Assembly: GCA_043228905.1 (NCBI GenBank) | Contig: JBHGNT010000006.1 | Span: 18,538,001 to 18,602,000, forward strand | DNA length: 64,000 nt | Source: Azolla caroliniana | Taxonomy: Eukaryota > Plantae > Polypodiophyta | Direction: 5' to 3' | The notes under the pieces: model-generated | What the model was told of the DNA's origin: nothing | Database searches by the model: none | What the model saw: only the letters and a program-made list of their open reading frames with translations | Program-made: the position numbers and the translations under genes | In this document: positions 36,101-48,000 of the stretch, one piece after another | Layout: each line of letters begins with the position of its first letter | How positions within the stretch are numbered: position 1 is the first letter of the stretch

Positions 36101-36479
36101 CCTTTCGTGGGTCTCTGATCATTGGCTCTGTGGCAGCTTCTTTGATTGCCTTTTCACTATCCCCTGGAAGTGGAGCAGCAATAGGATGAACCTTCTTCTC
36201 CACTGTCTTGTACTTTGTTAGTACATGTGCTTCATGATCCTTTCGAGCAACTTCTTCAATGACCTCATACATCTTGATTGAATGGACAGGAACTTGGATT
36301 TCATTGTCTTCTTCCATTGCTTCCAAATGAGTTATTGTATCTTCAAAACTTAATTCGTCAAACATATCCTGAATTTCTTCATCATCATCTATTAATCCAA
36401 AACACTTAAAGTACTCGAAAGCATTTTGTATTTTATTATTATTTACTTTTAGTATAAAAGTAGCACCATTAGATGACAT
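33114..36479 (-). CDS. pol: Element E Pol (RT, RNase H, integrase), frame intact
   Basis: 1121-aa ORF collinear with A2 Pol (LPQGATNSVAHMM, PFLDD, YNPEANGKVERGH). Confidence 0.92.
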   Translation of the reverse strand: MSSNGATFILKVNNNKIQNAFEYFKCFGLIDDDEEIQDMFDELSFEDTITHLEAMEEDNEIQVPVHSIKMYEVIEEVARKDHEAHVLTKYKTVEKKVHPIAAPLPGDSEKAIKEAATEPMIRDPRKVGHVFTPETIQGMKIGGGDFLLPAEEKQFREMLKRHGKAFAFQPEEIGCVDPEIVEPMVIFTIPHIPWNFKPIPMPRARIPQLLELLKEKIRMGILEPSNAPYSSRWFTVLKKDGRLRFIQDMQPVNKVTIRNSGVGPIVDEFAEMFAGRAIYSMGDLYSGYDQFQLAIKSRDITSIKTPIGLVRMCTLPQGATNSVAHMMNGMNKVLRDFIPHITMPFLDDVPIKGCKEEEKNEELDESGCRQFVADHIKDCEKVLSRMEEVHLTLSGAKSIFGAKEILIIGHMCGPYGRKPSPTKVNAIQNMQEECTSISEVRRFLGVCVFYCKWIPHYAHLSEPLYRLLRKGETFEWSEEHSEAMKKLKYYLAQAPPLKQPDYTRPIYLTVDSSPIGIGWVISQRDREERYPVRFGAKVLSGRQRKYAQVKRELWGIVTTVKTDRDYLIGAEVIIETDSLPILGIIANCDIPDQAMLRWCIYIRSINPEVRHISGNRNAVADMLSRARYEEEEIPDSDDEDKEQTVLTTSITREGGMQFLEEEYEEEFKEIGKYLQTPDKYKGRSRKEFAQFRKKAHKFFLHEGYLWRHPKTKTGNPQRVIGSEGQRKEIIRELHDKEWAGHRGVWATFSKIKERFWWPRYYEQIKKYVETCPTCQYYSNVKFCDELHPTYSPGVHYKWMIDLVTMPLGVGQKRYLVLAREDLTNQVEGRSLRTKGTLGVCQFILEDIVCRYGCIGKIVADRGELNSAEAQDFFDKIGIRLSLTTAYNPEANGKVERGHGPIVKALAKACRGRVSDWPKTLPYALWADRTTHSTVTGYMPAELITGQKPIMPIEEKITTWAVLPWESEMSREDLLAVRIRQLQSRIEDIEKAATRLKEARIKNKDRFDKMKRIRPRKVQEGDWVLVYDNSLDNQYSTIRKFAKRWFGPYEVRKITDKATYFLNELDGTEIRIPIAGKRIKIFKRRESLEPKFYEEVEELKESEEVLDELCTTNVQVQRGWVS

Positions 36480-36568
36480 TGTACAAGGAATATCTTTATT
36501 TACATTATTATTTATGGGGTTTTCTTTTATGCTCGGGCTATCACAGCCCCTACCTGTAAAAGCCCTAT

Positions 36569-38335
36569 CTAAAAATCCTGGGAAAACTCTTCATCCATCT
36601 CTTGAATTGGATGTTCCCTCAAGCATTCTTTGTTTCTTTCATGGTTGGGCCTCACGGTTAAGAATTGGACAGTCTTTCTTCCATCTTGACTCTTGATTCT
36701 CGCGAAAGCCGAACCATCATCAATAACCTTTGTTTCCATCCTCACTGCGGTGATGTAGGGCTGGCCAAGGATGACGGGGTAGGTTGATCGATCCTGCACA
36801 AAGAAATTTTGATTCGCCGAGACATCACCAATTGTTACCTTCACATTAGGACATGCTCCGAATAGATCCTCCGTAGTTTCTGTGGCAGCTCTTATTTTCC
36901 ACCCATGATTCTTGTCGATCAGCCATCGTCCTCGAGCGTAAAATTCCGATGACATCATGTTAATCTATGATCCATGATCGATCAAAGCAATACATGGAAT
37001 TTGCTGCTCCCCAATTTTTGCAGGTGCCTCCGTTGTTGCTCGAGCCCAATGGTCCCTTGTATAGTGACTCCTATCCCCTTCATGGACGCCAACATCATTC
37101 TGGTTTTTTACACTTGTAGCATTGATGGTGCCACCATACAAATCTTGGAGTGTTGCTGCACACCCTCCTGTAATTTCCTCCGTCACCTGTCTCTTCCTTC
37201 TAATAATATCTATGATAACTTCATGAAATTCTTTCTTTGCTATACCCAACACTTCTCTTAAAGTAAATTCTACCTTACTATTTAATATTCTTGTTTCTAG
37301 TACCTTTTTTATATCCGTCGTTGTTTCTATGTCTGAGGCAAGCTTGAAAGATGGGCCTGTCTTTCCTTTTACTTTATCAGCTTCCTTCGGCTCAATAGCA
37401 CCCTTTTCCATCTCCCTTCTCTTTTGTTCTCGTGTCTCATGTCTCTTTGTCGGATCAGCTTCCTCAGCTCTCTTCCGCTTCTCTTCCACTAGCACATCTT
37501 GTGCATTCACTTGGGCGAATGCTGATAGCGCGTCTACTAGATCATTCCATCCAGTGAAGTTTCGTATTTCATCTCCCGCTCTTTTTAATTCATCCACTCG
37601 AACCTTCCCTTTTCTTGCATAATCCATCACATCTTGCCAAAAGCCAGATCCACCATATGAGTCTTCTACGCGCAATCCTAAGGTTGCCACAGATTGTATC
37701 GCTTGAGTCGTTTCTCTCTCGGCATCTTCCATTAGCCTTTTCATTCCTCCTCGCCCGAAGTTGAGTTGAAGTGGTTGTCGAGTCTCAGTTGAGTGAATCT
37801 TGCCATCTTGATAGTAGATTTTATTATGATTAAGAGCATCCCTATGCTCTTGACAATCTTTCTTCTGGTGGTCGATACTATCACACCACATACACCTTCG
37901 GACCATTCCACCTCCCTGCCTTGATGAAGTCGAGCTTTGTCCTGATTCTAGCTTCGTCACTTTGATCGACAAGTCTTTCATGCCTTTCACTAATTCGTGT
38001 AAGAGTGATTCTTCTACTTTCTTTTCTCCCGACTCGTTCCCCGTTTCTTCATCATTTCTGTCGGGCAACTCCATAAACCATAACTTTCTTTTGCAGAAAT
38101 GGGCGCACGCCCTTTTCACCTCCTCCCAATCTTCAGTAAGTCCACTTAGACTATTCTGATCTTCTAAAAGCATTCCCAAGTCCTTCCTGTCTTTAATATT
38201 AGTAGCTTGTAGAAACAATATGACTTTATCTGGCACTATTATATTTCTATCTCTAACATTTAGTTGCTCAAATCTTTCCGAAAACTCTTTTAATACTTCC
38301 AAAACACTTAAATGTTTATAAGACTCTACCCAATC
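36569..38335 (-). pseudogene. gag: Element E Gag-protease, 3' part (5' part at 43763-44115)
   Basis: CMWCDSIDHQKKDC knuckle; ALIDHGS followed by a nonsense codon at 36965; interrupted by copia F. Confidence 0.88.
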
Positions 38336-38802
38336 TGTTGAACACCGCACTCGGCCACAACCGAGAAATAGGATCAAATCACAGAAAACAGGAAATACGA
38401 AATGCTCCAAGACAATAGAGAGAAGAGTACACAGTATGTTTTACGTGGAAAACCCTAAATGGGAAAAACCACGTGAGTCCTCAAACTCCAACTCACACTA
38501 TACACAGAGATGTACAATGGTGAAGCTACAAAGGCAACAACCTTGAGCTCACTGTCTTCGCCACAGGCGGCGGCAATACACAGAGGCGTCGACCTCTTCC
38601 TTTCTTACTCTCTCTCTCGGCTGCTCACACTTCGCTCTCTCGGCTAGAACATAAAAAATGAGCAACAACAAAACAACTATTTGCCCTAAGTCATATTTAT
38701 ACACATATGACTTTCGGGCTATTTACAAATATAGCCTCAAGGGCACTTGGCAAACATATTGACAAATATGTCCCCGCATCCGGATCTCGCTCCGGGTACA
38801 TA

Positions 38803-38886
38803 CATCATCCGGCTCCGTAACCGGGGTCTTCATCATCCGGCTCCGTAACCGGGGTCTTCATCATCCGGCTCCGTAACCGGGGTCTT
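38803..38886. repeat. 28-bp tandem repeat x3 in the U3 of the copia F LTR (also in the other LTR)
   Basis: (CATCATCCGGCTCCGTAACCGGGGTCTT)3 followed by degenerate copies. Confidence 0.9.
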
Positions 38887-39001
38887 CTTCATCCGGCTTC
38901 ATGCCGGGTCATCATCCGGTTCCGTAACCGTAACCGGGCTTGCCGTCATTCGTCTCCGGACATCCCATCCGGAGGGACCGATATCCCAACAAACTCCCCC
39001 T

Positions 39002-42000
39002 TCACTTCGGCATGGGATGTCTCTCCAATCCGATCCTCCTCCGGCATGCTTCCAGCTTGTCGGGTGTGAGTACTTTGGTCAGCATATCTGACCCGTTCTC
39101 GTCCGTGTGGATCTTCGTCAGCACGAACTCCTTATCTTCTATCCTTTCCCGGATCCAGTGGTATCTACGCTGGATGTGTTTCGTCCGGGAATGGTAGGCC
39201 GCGTTCTTCGCAAGGTGGATGGCACTCTGACTGTCGCAGTAGAGTCGGTACTCCTCCTGCCGGATACCGAGCTCTCTAATGAAGTCCTTTATCCATATTA
39301 TTTCCTTGCCGGTTTCAACAGCCGCCATGTACTCCGCCTCCGTGGTTGACAACGCAACCGTCTTCTGCAGCCTTGACTGCCACGAAACGGCTCCCCCTGC
39401 ATACGTCATCACATACCCTGATGTGGACCGGCTGGTATCTGCATCAGCCGACATATCCGAATCGGTGAAGCCGTCGAGTTCGGGCTTACCGGAGCCGAAT
39501 CGGAGGCACACGTTCGCCGTGCCCTTCAGGTATCGGAGTATCCACTTGGCCGCGATCCAGTGTTCTTTGCCGGGATTGCTCATGTACCGGCTCACCACTC
39601 CGACTGCATATCCGATGTCCGGTCTCGTACACACCATGGCGTACATCAAGCTCCCGACGGCTGAGGCATACGGCACTTTCATCATATCCTCCTTTTCAGC
39701 CTTTGTCTTGGGACTTTGCTTGCTGGACAGCTTGCAGTTTGCCGGGAGGGTCGATCCGACTGGTCTTGCTTCCGACATGTTGAACCGTTTAAGCACCTTT
39801 GTCACGTACTTCTCCTGTGATAGCCACAACTGCTTCTTGCTCCGGTCTCGGATGATGTGCATCCCTAGTATTTGCCTCGCCGGACCCAGGTCCTTCATTG
39901 AGAAGGTTCGGTGAAGAGCCTTCTTCAGCATCCGTATCTTGGCCTGGTCCCGTCCGACGATCAACATGTCGTCCACATACAGGAGGAGTATTAGAAAGTC
40001 TCCTCCTTCGAACTTCTTCACAAACACGCAGTGGTCGGACTGCGTTTTGAGGTACCCTTCGTCGGTCATGAAGGAGTCGAACTTCCGGTACCATTGCCGG
40101 GGAGCCTGCTTCAGTCCGTAAAGGCTCTTCTTCAACCGGCATACCAGGTGCTCCTTCCCTTTCTTCTCGAATCCTTCCGGTTGCTGCATGTAGATCTCTT
40201 CTTCGAGGTCACCGTGAAGGAATGCCGTCTTCACGTCCATCTGTTCTACCTCGAGGTCCATGCTTGCCGCTATGCTCAGCACCGTTCGGATGGAGGTCAT
40301 CTTCACTACCGGGGCAAATATCTCGTCGAAGTCGACGCCCTTCTTCTGCTGAAACCCCTTCACCACGATCCTGGCTTTGTATCTCGAGGGGTTTCCGGCA
40401 TCTCCCGGTTTCAGCTTGAACACCCACTTGTTACGGAGTGCCCGTTTTCCTTTCGGCAGCTCCACAAGTTCATATGTGTGGTTCTCATGCAGGGAATCCA
40501 TCTCCTCCTGCATGGCACTTAACCACCTGCGGCTATGGGTGTCATGCTTCGCTTCTTCAAAGCTCTCCGGCTCCCCCTCGTCGGTTAGCAGCACGTGCTC
40601 TGGTTCCGGAAATCTCCGGGGGGCCCTTCTCTCTCTTAGAGGATATCTCCGTTCCGGAGTTTCGATAATCGGTTCTTCCGATTCTTCTTCATCCGAATCC
40701 ATTTCGGGGTCGGGGCCGGTTCCGGTATCATTTTCATCTTCTTCGGCCGGTTCTGTTTCTTCATCGTCTTCGGCCGGATCCTCGAGTGCTAACCGGTCCC
40801 TTGCCGGTCGGGACTGCTCCTCGTAGAGTTGATCCTCACCGGTCGACTTGGAGCTCTTAATCTTCTTCTCCGACTCCCAGTCGGCGAGTGTCTTGTCCTC
40901 CATGAAGATGATGTCTCGACTCCTGAATATCTTCTTGTCGACCGGGTCCCATACTCGGTAGCCGAACTCATCGTCGCCGTAACCGAGGAAGATGCATGGC
41001 CGGGTCTTTGGATCTAGCTTTCCTCTCCGGTCCTTTGCCACATGCACGTATGCGAGACACCCGAACACCTTCAGATGCCGGTAGGACACTTCCTTACCGG
41101 TCCACACTTTCTGCGGCGTGTCTCCGTCCAAAGGTACTGAGGGTGATCTGTTTATCACGTATGTCGCCGTCGACATTGCCTCAGCCCAAAACCCCTTGGG
41201 TAATTTCGCATGTGCCAGCATACTCCGGACCCTCTCCATTATGGTCCGGTTCATCCTCTCGGCCAGCCCGTTCAGTTCCGGCGTCTTCGGCACAGTAAAC
41301 TCGAGTCGGATTCCCTTCGAGCGACAGTACTCCTGGAACTGCCCCCGGTATTCCCCTCCGTTATCCGCTCGTATCGCTTTCAGCTTCTTGCCGGATTCCC
41401 TTTCCACTCTCGCGTGAAGTTCTTTGAAGACGGACAATACTTGGTCCTTTGTCTTTAACGGTGCCGTCCACAGCTTCCGGCTATGGTCGTCAATGAATGT
41501 TACGAAGTACTGGGCTCCGCCATGTGACTTCGTTTCTACCTGACACACATCAGTATGCACCAACTCCAATGGTGCGCTACGTCTCGTCGGTGGCCTTGAG
41601 TGGAAGGAGGTTCGGTTTTGCTTACCGGCCAGACAGTCGGTGCACTTCTCCAGGCGCACATGCTTCACTGGAATAAGGTTGTCTTCTGCAAGCCTCTTCA
41701 TCCCCTTCTCACTCATGTGGCATAGTCTCTTGTGCCACAGCTCACCGGCAGTGTCGGCTGCCACATTCAACTCTTCCGGACATAACCGGGCATTCATCAG
41801 GTACAGTGTGTTGTCTTTCCGGGCCCGAGCCACTATCAGGTTCCCCTTGCTGAACTTCATTACGCCGTTCCGGATGCTACCTGTGTAGCCTTCATCATCT
41901 AGCCTCCCGGCCGAAATCAGGTTCAATCGAACCTCCGGAACGTGTCTGACATCCTTCAGCAGCATTTTGCATCCGGTCGAGGTTGTCACCCACACGTCTC

Positions 42001-43075
42001 CTATGCCGGCAATCCGGCACGTACCTTCATTTCCCATCCGAACACAGCCATGCTCACCGGCTGTGTAGGATGAGAAGTATCTTCTCTCCGGGGTCAGGTG
42101 GAACGACGCTCCGGAATCGATCACCCAGGTCGTCTCATCGCCGGCAATGTTTAGTTCACCTTCTTCGGTGATGAGCATGATCTCCTCTTCACTTGCCGCG
42201 AGTGCCGTCGTTCCTTTCCGGTCCTGCCCTCGCCGATCCGGACCTCTCCGGTCCGTGGCTCCCCGGTATGCACCGTTTCGTTCCGGTGACTTCTTCAAAT
42301 CGGTGTCGTCGGCTCCGTTGTCTTTACGGTAATGCCGACAATTCTTTCGGAAGTGCCCCGGCTTCCCACAGTGGAAGCATGTTGGCCTTCCTCTTGACTG
42401 CGACCGGGTCCCCGACTTCTCCCGTCTTTGCGGACTCCGGTTCCATTGTCTTCCCCGTTCCGATTCGGTAAGCAGCGCCTTCGAGTCGGAGACCGGTTCT
42501 TTATCTCTCCGACGCGCTTCTTCGTTCAAAATACTTGTCTTTACCGTTTGTAGAGACAAGTTATCTTCGGTGCAGGAGGTGCTGAGAGTCACCACCAAGT
42601 TCTCCCAGCTGTCCGGCAATGTACACATCAGGATGATGGCTTGCATTGCATCCTCCAACGGGAACTTGATCGCCGCAAGCTGGTTCACGAATCCCATGAA
42701 CGTGCTTACGTGTTCCACCATACTCTCGCCGTCCCGGTACTTGAGGTTCACTATCTTTCTCATCAGGGAGGTCCGGTTCAACGCATTCTTCCTCTCGTAG
42801 AGGCCCGACAGCTTCCGCCACATCTCATATGCGTTGGTGTCATTCGCCACGTGTTGTAGAACGCTCACGTCGACGTATTGCCGAATGGTTGCAACGGCTT
42901 TCCGGTTCAGAAGCCTCCACTCCGTCTCAAGTACCCCCTTGGGTATTTCCGACCTGTCGATCGGTTCATACAGGTCCCGAACAATGAGCAGGTCCTCCAT
43001 CTTTATCTTCCAGTCGGCGTAGTTCTGCGCGTTCAGCACCATCATGCCCGGAGGCCCACCACCGCCGCCTTCCAT
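39002..43075 (-). CDS. pol: Copia Gag-Pol polyprotein (Gag, CCHC, PR, INT, RT, RH)
   Basis: Uninterrupted ORF from the first ATG after the PBS; CFHCGKPGHFRKNC, WVIDSGAS, HKRLCH, YVDDML, ALSTTEAEY. Confidence 0.96.
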   Translation of the reverse strand: MEGGGGGPPGMMVLNAQNYADWKIKMEDLLIVRDLYEPIDRSEIPKGVLETEWRLLNRKAVATIRQYVDVSVLQHVANDTNAYEMWRKLSGLYERKNALNRTSLMRKIVNLKYRDGESMVEHVSTFMGFVNQLAAIKFPLEDAMQAIILMCTLPDSWENLVVTLSTSCTEDNLSLQTVKTSILNEEARRRDKEPVSDSKALLTESERGRQWNRSPQRREKSGTRSQSRGRPTCFHCGKPGHFRKNCRHYRKDNGADDTDLKKSPERNGAYRGATDRRGPDRRGQDRKGTTALAASEEEIMLITEEGELNIAGDETTWVIDSGASFHLTPERRYFSSYTAGEHGCVRMGNEGTCRIAGIGDVWVTTSTGCKMLLKDVRHVPEVRLNLISAGRLDDEGYTGSIRNGVMKFSKGNLIVARARKDNTLYLMNARLCPEELNVAADTAGELWHKRLCHMSEKGMKRLAEDNLIPVKHVRLEKCTDCLAGKQNRTSFHSRPPTRRSAPLELVHTDVCQVETKSHGGAQYFVTFIDDHSRKLWTAPLKTKDQVLSVFKELHARVERESGKKLKAIRADNGGEYRGQFQEYCRSKGIRLEFTVPKTPELNGLAERMNRTIMERVRSMLAHAKLPKGFWAEAMSTATYVINRSPSVPLDGDTPQKVWTGKEVSYRHLKVFGCLAYVHVAKDRRGKLDPKTRPCIFLGYGDDEFGYRVWDPVDKKIFRSRDIIFMEDKTLADWESEKKIKSSKSTGEDQLYEEQSRPARDRLALEDPAEDDEETEPAEEDENDTGTGPDPEMDSDEEESEEPIIETPERRYPLRERRAPRRFPEPEHVLLTDEGEPESFEEAKHDTHSRRWLSAMQEEMDSLHENHTYELVELPKGKRALRNKWVFKLKPGDAGNPSRYKARIVVKGFQQKKGVDFDEIFAPVVKMTSIRTVLSIAASMDLEVEQMDVKTAFLHGDLEEEIYMQQPEGFEKKGKEHLVCRLKKSLYGLKQAPRQWYRKFDSFMTDEGYLKTQSDHCVFVKKFEGGDFLILLLYVDDMLIVGRDQAKIRMLKKALHRTFSMKDLGPARQILGMHIIRDRSKKQLWLSQEKYVTKVLKRFNMSEARPVGSTLPANCKLSSKQSPKTKAEKEDMMKVPYASAVGSLMYAMVCTRPDIGYAVGVVSRYMSNPGKEHWIAAKWILRYLKGTANVCLRFGSGKPELDGFTDSDMSADADTSRSTSGYVMTYAGGAVSWQSRLQKTVALSTTEAEYMAAVETGKEIIWIKDFIRELGIRQEEYRLYCDSQSAIHLAKNAAYHSRTKHIQRRYHWIRERIEDKEFVLTKIHTDENGSDMLTKVLTPDKLEACRRRIGLERHPMPK

Positions 43076-43762
43076 CTTCTGTGTTACCGTCGCTCTGATA
43101 CCACTTTGTTGAACACCGCACTCGGCCACAACCGAGAAATAGGATCAAATCACAGAAAACAGGAAATACGAAATGCTCCAAGACAATAGAGAGAAGAGTA
43201 CACAGTATGTTTTACGTGGAAAACCCTAAATGGGAAAAACCACGTGAGTCCTCAAACTCCAACTCACACTATACACAGAGATGTACAATGGTGAAGCTAC
43301 AAAGGCAACAACCTTGAGCTCACTGTCTTCGCCACAGGCGGCGGCAATACACAGAGGCGTCGACCTCTTCCTTTCTTACTCTCTCTCTCGGCTGCTCACA
43401 CTTCGCTCTCTCGGCTAGAACATAAAAAATGAGCAACAACAAAACAACTATTTGCCCTAAGTCATATTTATACACATATGACTTTCGGGCTATTTACAAA
43501 TATAGCCTCAAGGGCACTTGGCAAACATATTGACAAATATGTCCCCGCATCCGGATCTCGCTCCGGGTACATACATCATCCGGCTCCGTAACCGGGGTCT
43601 TCATCATCCGGCTCCGTAACCGGGGTCTTCATCATCCGGCTCCGTAACCGGGGTCTTCTTCATCCGGCTTCATGCCGGGTCATCATCCGGTTCCGTAACC
43701 GTAACCGGGCTTGCCGTCATTCGTCTCCGGACATCCCATCCGGAGGGACCGATATCCCAACA

Positions 43763-44115
43763 CAATCCATGAAAGCTCGCCTTGTCATCCTTGACATATC
43801 GTTGAGGTTGTATTCATTGAGTAATGCCCTTTCGAATGTTGTCCATGTCTGATTCTCCCTTTGGAGCTCTTGGATCCTCTCTTGTAGCCCAATCGCAGCG
43901 ACTCGACTAAAGCTATTAATTTTTGTAGCTTCGTCGACACCGCGTTTAAGCATTTCTTCATTATAAATCTTCAGAAATCTTGTTAAATTAAAACCTTCGA
44001 AGATTCCTACTCGTGCGAGAATATTGTCGACGGCTTTGTCGATGCTTGCCATCATCCCTTGTTCCCGCATCACTCGTTCCATCATCGTACACATAAGCCT
44101 CATTTGCTCCTCCAT
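43763..44115 (-). pseudogene. gag: Element E gag N-terminus
   Basis: MEEQMRLM...GIFEGFNLTRFLKIYNEEM, homologous to the A2 Gag N-terminus. Confidence 0.85.
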
Positions 44116-45035
44116 TTCTCCTCGTCGCCGCCTTCACGTCGGGTTCACCAAATGTGTCGGGGTAGTTGTGGTTCATGCGGCGAAGTCGCAGGGACTAAGG
44201 TTAAGGGGAGTTGAAGGAACTTTTATTAGGCTTGCGCGCAAATGTTAGGAAGATAAAGGATATGAGGAATAATAGTTTAAAGTAATATGTGTGAGAGAGA
44301 GACTAGTATAGATAAAAGATAGAGGCAATGTATGATTCAAGACGCAAGATAGAGACAAAGTATGATTTAAGACAAAAAAGTATATGATATGAACATGATG
44401 TATATTATGAATACAAGATTTTACCAACTTTACAATGTTTGGTAGCAAGATGAACCCTTTCTCTACCGACCCTTGATTCGAACTCTTAACTCCAACTTGA
44501 AAACACGAGCCTCTTCACCAACAAGCTAACTTGTTTGTTTCTTTGATTATCTTATTTCTCTAACTTTCTCTTGATTCATTGATTCCCTTTTGTTTTCCTT
44601 TCCTCTCTTTTTATAAGTATTTCCATGCATATGGTAATGTCATGCATGAGTTACATCTGATGCATGATCGCCATTTGGCGCACATGCATTGCATGTGATG
44701 CATGATAGCCATCATGCTCATTTGAGCTCCCATGTATTGGGATAAGTATAATGATGGATATAACCCTAAAACAAATAACTTAGCTTAGTGGTGTATGGTT
44801 TGTGCTTGATATACAAGGTTGAGGGTTCAAGTCCCTCAATTTTACTTAATACAATATATAGCTTCATTCTTATATCATGAAGCACATTTATTACACACTC
44901 TTACAAATAAATAGCCTAGCCTAGTGGTATGTACATTGTACATCGTATATAAGGATGTGGGTTCAAGTCTCTAAAATATTATTAAATACAACATTTAAGC
45001 TCATTTTTATATCGTGAAGCACATTCTTCACGACA

Positions 45036-48000
45036 GCGTACCGTAGGACTTGCCCCGGGTACAACAGACAATGCCGAATCTAGCAATGCCCGGAAAGCCT
45101 ACTGCTACTACTGCAGACAGGAAGGCCATTATAGTAACCAATGCCCAGTGAAGAGCTATGAAAAATGACCGGCGGTACATATGGTAGTCCCTGAGGTGGC
45201 AGATCTGCAGCAGGTGACCACAAGATCGAAGGGCATGGCCAAAGAATGGGAGACACAGGAGACCATCCGAAACAAGCAACGGAATGGGTAAAGAAAGCAA
45301 ACGAGCAGAATGTCACAGACTTACAGCAGCAAAAGGAGAACACCGTAGGGCTTGGCGATGGTAGTCACTCCGAGAACGAGACATGGCAGGCGTTGCAAGA
45401 ATGCCAGATTACGTTACCACTAGGGAGACTCCTACAACTCGTGCCTAGATTCACGGAAGGACTGAAGACGGCCATGACGGCACGAGAACCATCACCGGCA
45501 CCGGTACTCTTCTCGAATCCGGAGGAGGGACCAACAGTGGTAAACACCAGCAGTCCGGTAATCACTGCCATTGTAAAAAGGGAAAGAACTCCCCGGCACA
45601 GTTATAGACGGAGGCTCTGGGGTAAATGTAATAAGCCTCCGGACGTGTGAGGACCTAGGAATCCACGAGTGGGAACCGTGTCCGTTCTGGTTGCGGATGG
45701 CCGATACAAGCTCAGTGCGACCGACAGGATTAATACGGAAATTAGAAGTCACCGTCGACGGGCATACATTTCACATCTCGGCTGTAGTGCTACAATTACA
45801 GGCACAAGGTGCATACCCACTATTGCCGGGGCGGCCATGGTTGAAAACGGCACATATCAAACCGAATTGGCGGAAAAATATAATTACCTTCCGACGAGGA
45901 AAAGCCAAGGTACGGGTACCAACACAGCCGAGGACGAGCACTGGCAAGGAATGTACACCGTTGTATGCGGAATGCGTCAACATGCTCGAAGGGTTAGCGG
46001 ACGAAGAAGAAGCTCAATACCTACAGGAAAACCCGAAGATCATACCCCTCTTCGAAATTGACACTACCGAAGCCGTAGCACCGTATTTACCGCAACCGGA
46101 AGAGGCGGAAGCAGAACCGGATAAAGACGCAATCCGGGAGTTACGGCAAGCGCAGGAAGCATTGGAACGGGAAATGGCCGTTTCACAGCGCGTAAAAGCA
46201 TTGCAACTGGAAGAGGTGAATTTAGGCACCACGGACGAAGCAAAACCGGTGCACATCGCCAAGGAGATGAAGTCCGAAGACAAAACGGCGATGATAACAC
46301 TTCTCACGGAGTTCCGGGGTGTGTTCGCCTGGTCATACGAAGATATGCGAGGACTCGACCCTTAGTTATACCAGCATCAAGTACACTTGAGCAAGGACGC
46401 AAAACCAGTGGCACAAAGACGGTACCGGATGAATCCCAATTATGCTGCCAAGGTCAAGGAAGAAATCGACAAACTGCTAAGAGTTGGCTTTATCCGTCCA
46501 GTAAAGAAAGCGACATGGCTGAGCCCGATCGTAGTCGTACCGAAGAAGAACGGAAAAATTCGAGTTTGCGTGGACTACCGGAAACTCAATGCGGCTACGA
46601 TAACGGATGCGTTTCCACTTCCGTTCACAGATGGAGTGTTGGATGCCGTCGCCGGCCACGAGGTGTATAGCTTCCTAGACGGATTCAGCGGGTATAATCA
46701 GATCCGGATGCACCCCGACGACCAGGAGAAAACGGCATTCGTCACCGAATGGGGGGTGTTTGTGGCCGTGGTGATGATGTTCGGACTCAAAACGGCACCG
46801 GTAACATTTCAACGAATCATCATGGAAATCTTTGGTGAATATATACCGGCTTTTATGCAGGTTTTCCTTGACGATTTCGTCGTCTATAGTCGGGAGGAGG
46901 ACCATTTTCAGCACATCCGTCTTTGTCTAGAAAAGTGTAGAGCGTACCAGCTAAGCTTGAATCCGGCAAAGTGTGTATTTGGTGTGTCCAGTGGAACTTT
47001 ATTAGGACATATCGTAAGCCAGGAAGGTATAGCAGTCGACCCGGACAAAGTGAAAGCCATATTAGAAGCACCGGCGCCGGCAACGGCAAAGGCATTGAGC
47101 CGGTTCTTAGGCCAGATCTGGTGGCACAGCCGGATGCTCCGATACTTGGCCGACCTGGCTACACCGTTACATGTCGCCGTACATCGAACACCATTCCAGT
47201 GGACCGATACTGAGGATAGGGGGTATAAGGCCCTCAAGGTACTATTGTCGCAGGCACCGGTAGTACAACCTCCAGATTGGAGTAAAGAATTTCACGTGTT
47301 CGTGGACGCCTCCGACATCGCAATCGGTAGCGTACTGATGCAGCTTACGGAACCAAAGTGGTACCGGCCAGTGTACTATGCCAGCCGGAAGCTATCCCAA
47401 GCAGAACGGAACTACTCTACTACGGAACGGGAAGCTCTAGGAATGATCTACAGTGTGACAAAGTTTTGCCATTATTTATTGGGAAGGAAATTTTCCTTCC
47501 ATGTAGATCATTCGGCACTCCTTTACCTAGTGTCCAAGACGTCACTCACCGGCAAATTGGCCCGGTGGACCTTACTGTTACAGGAGTTCGAGTTTGAAAT
47601 ATTCCACCGACCCGGTATACAGCATGCCTTAGCGGATTACTTAAGCCGATTGGAGTCCGAAGAGACGGGTGACAGAGTACCGGATGAGTTTCCGGATGCG
47701 GAGCTATTTTGAGTCACTACGGAGATAGCAACAAATGAGACAGTGGCCCAGGAAGACAAGTGGCTCACAAATATGCACCAGTTTCTGAGCACAGGACTGC
47801 CTCCGGAAGAGCTAAACCGGGACGAACGGAAACGCCTGGCGGTACAAAGCCGACATTTCTGCTTACTACAAGACACACTGTACCACAAGGGAGCTGACGG
47901 CATATGGAGACGGGCGGTGCGCAGCGATGAAAAGGAACTGATACTGAGGGAAGCCCACTGCGGAGTTGCCGGAGGTCACTATGCCGGAGATGCGACAACC

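Larger units (their letters stand above)
38336..43762 (-). mobile_element. Intact, very young Tnt1/Tork-like Ty1/copia element (F)
   Basis: 656-bp LTRs at 38336-38991 and 43107-43762 with no difference seen by eye. TSD CAATC; Met-i PBS (gctctgatacca, 43092-43103); PPT next to 38992. Confidence 0.97.
32247..45035 (-). mobile_element. Gypsy element E (diverged relative of family A) inserted in B1 gag
   Basis: LTRs 32247-33121 (first about 6 bp lost) and 44155-45035. tRNA-Trp PBS (ttcacgtcgggttcacca near 44133-44150), PPT complement at 33122-33133, right flank GCGT. Confidence 0.93.

Noticed and set aside
36965-38410. 481-aa ORF as a separate gene
   Set aside because: Its N-terminus comes from the copia F LTR and it ends at a nonsense mutation in the protease; it is a piece of element E gag-PR.
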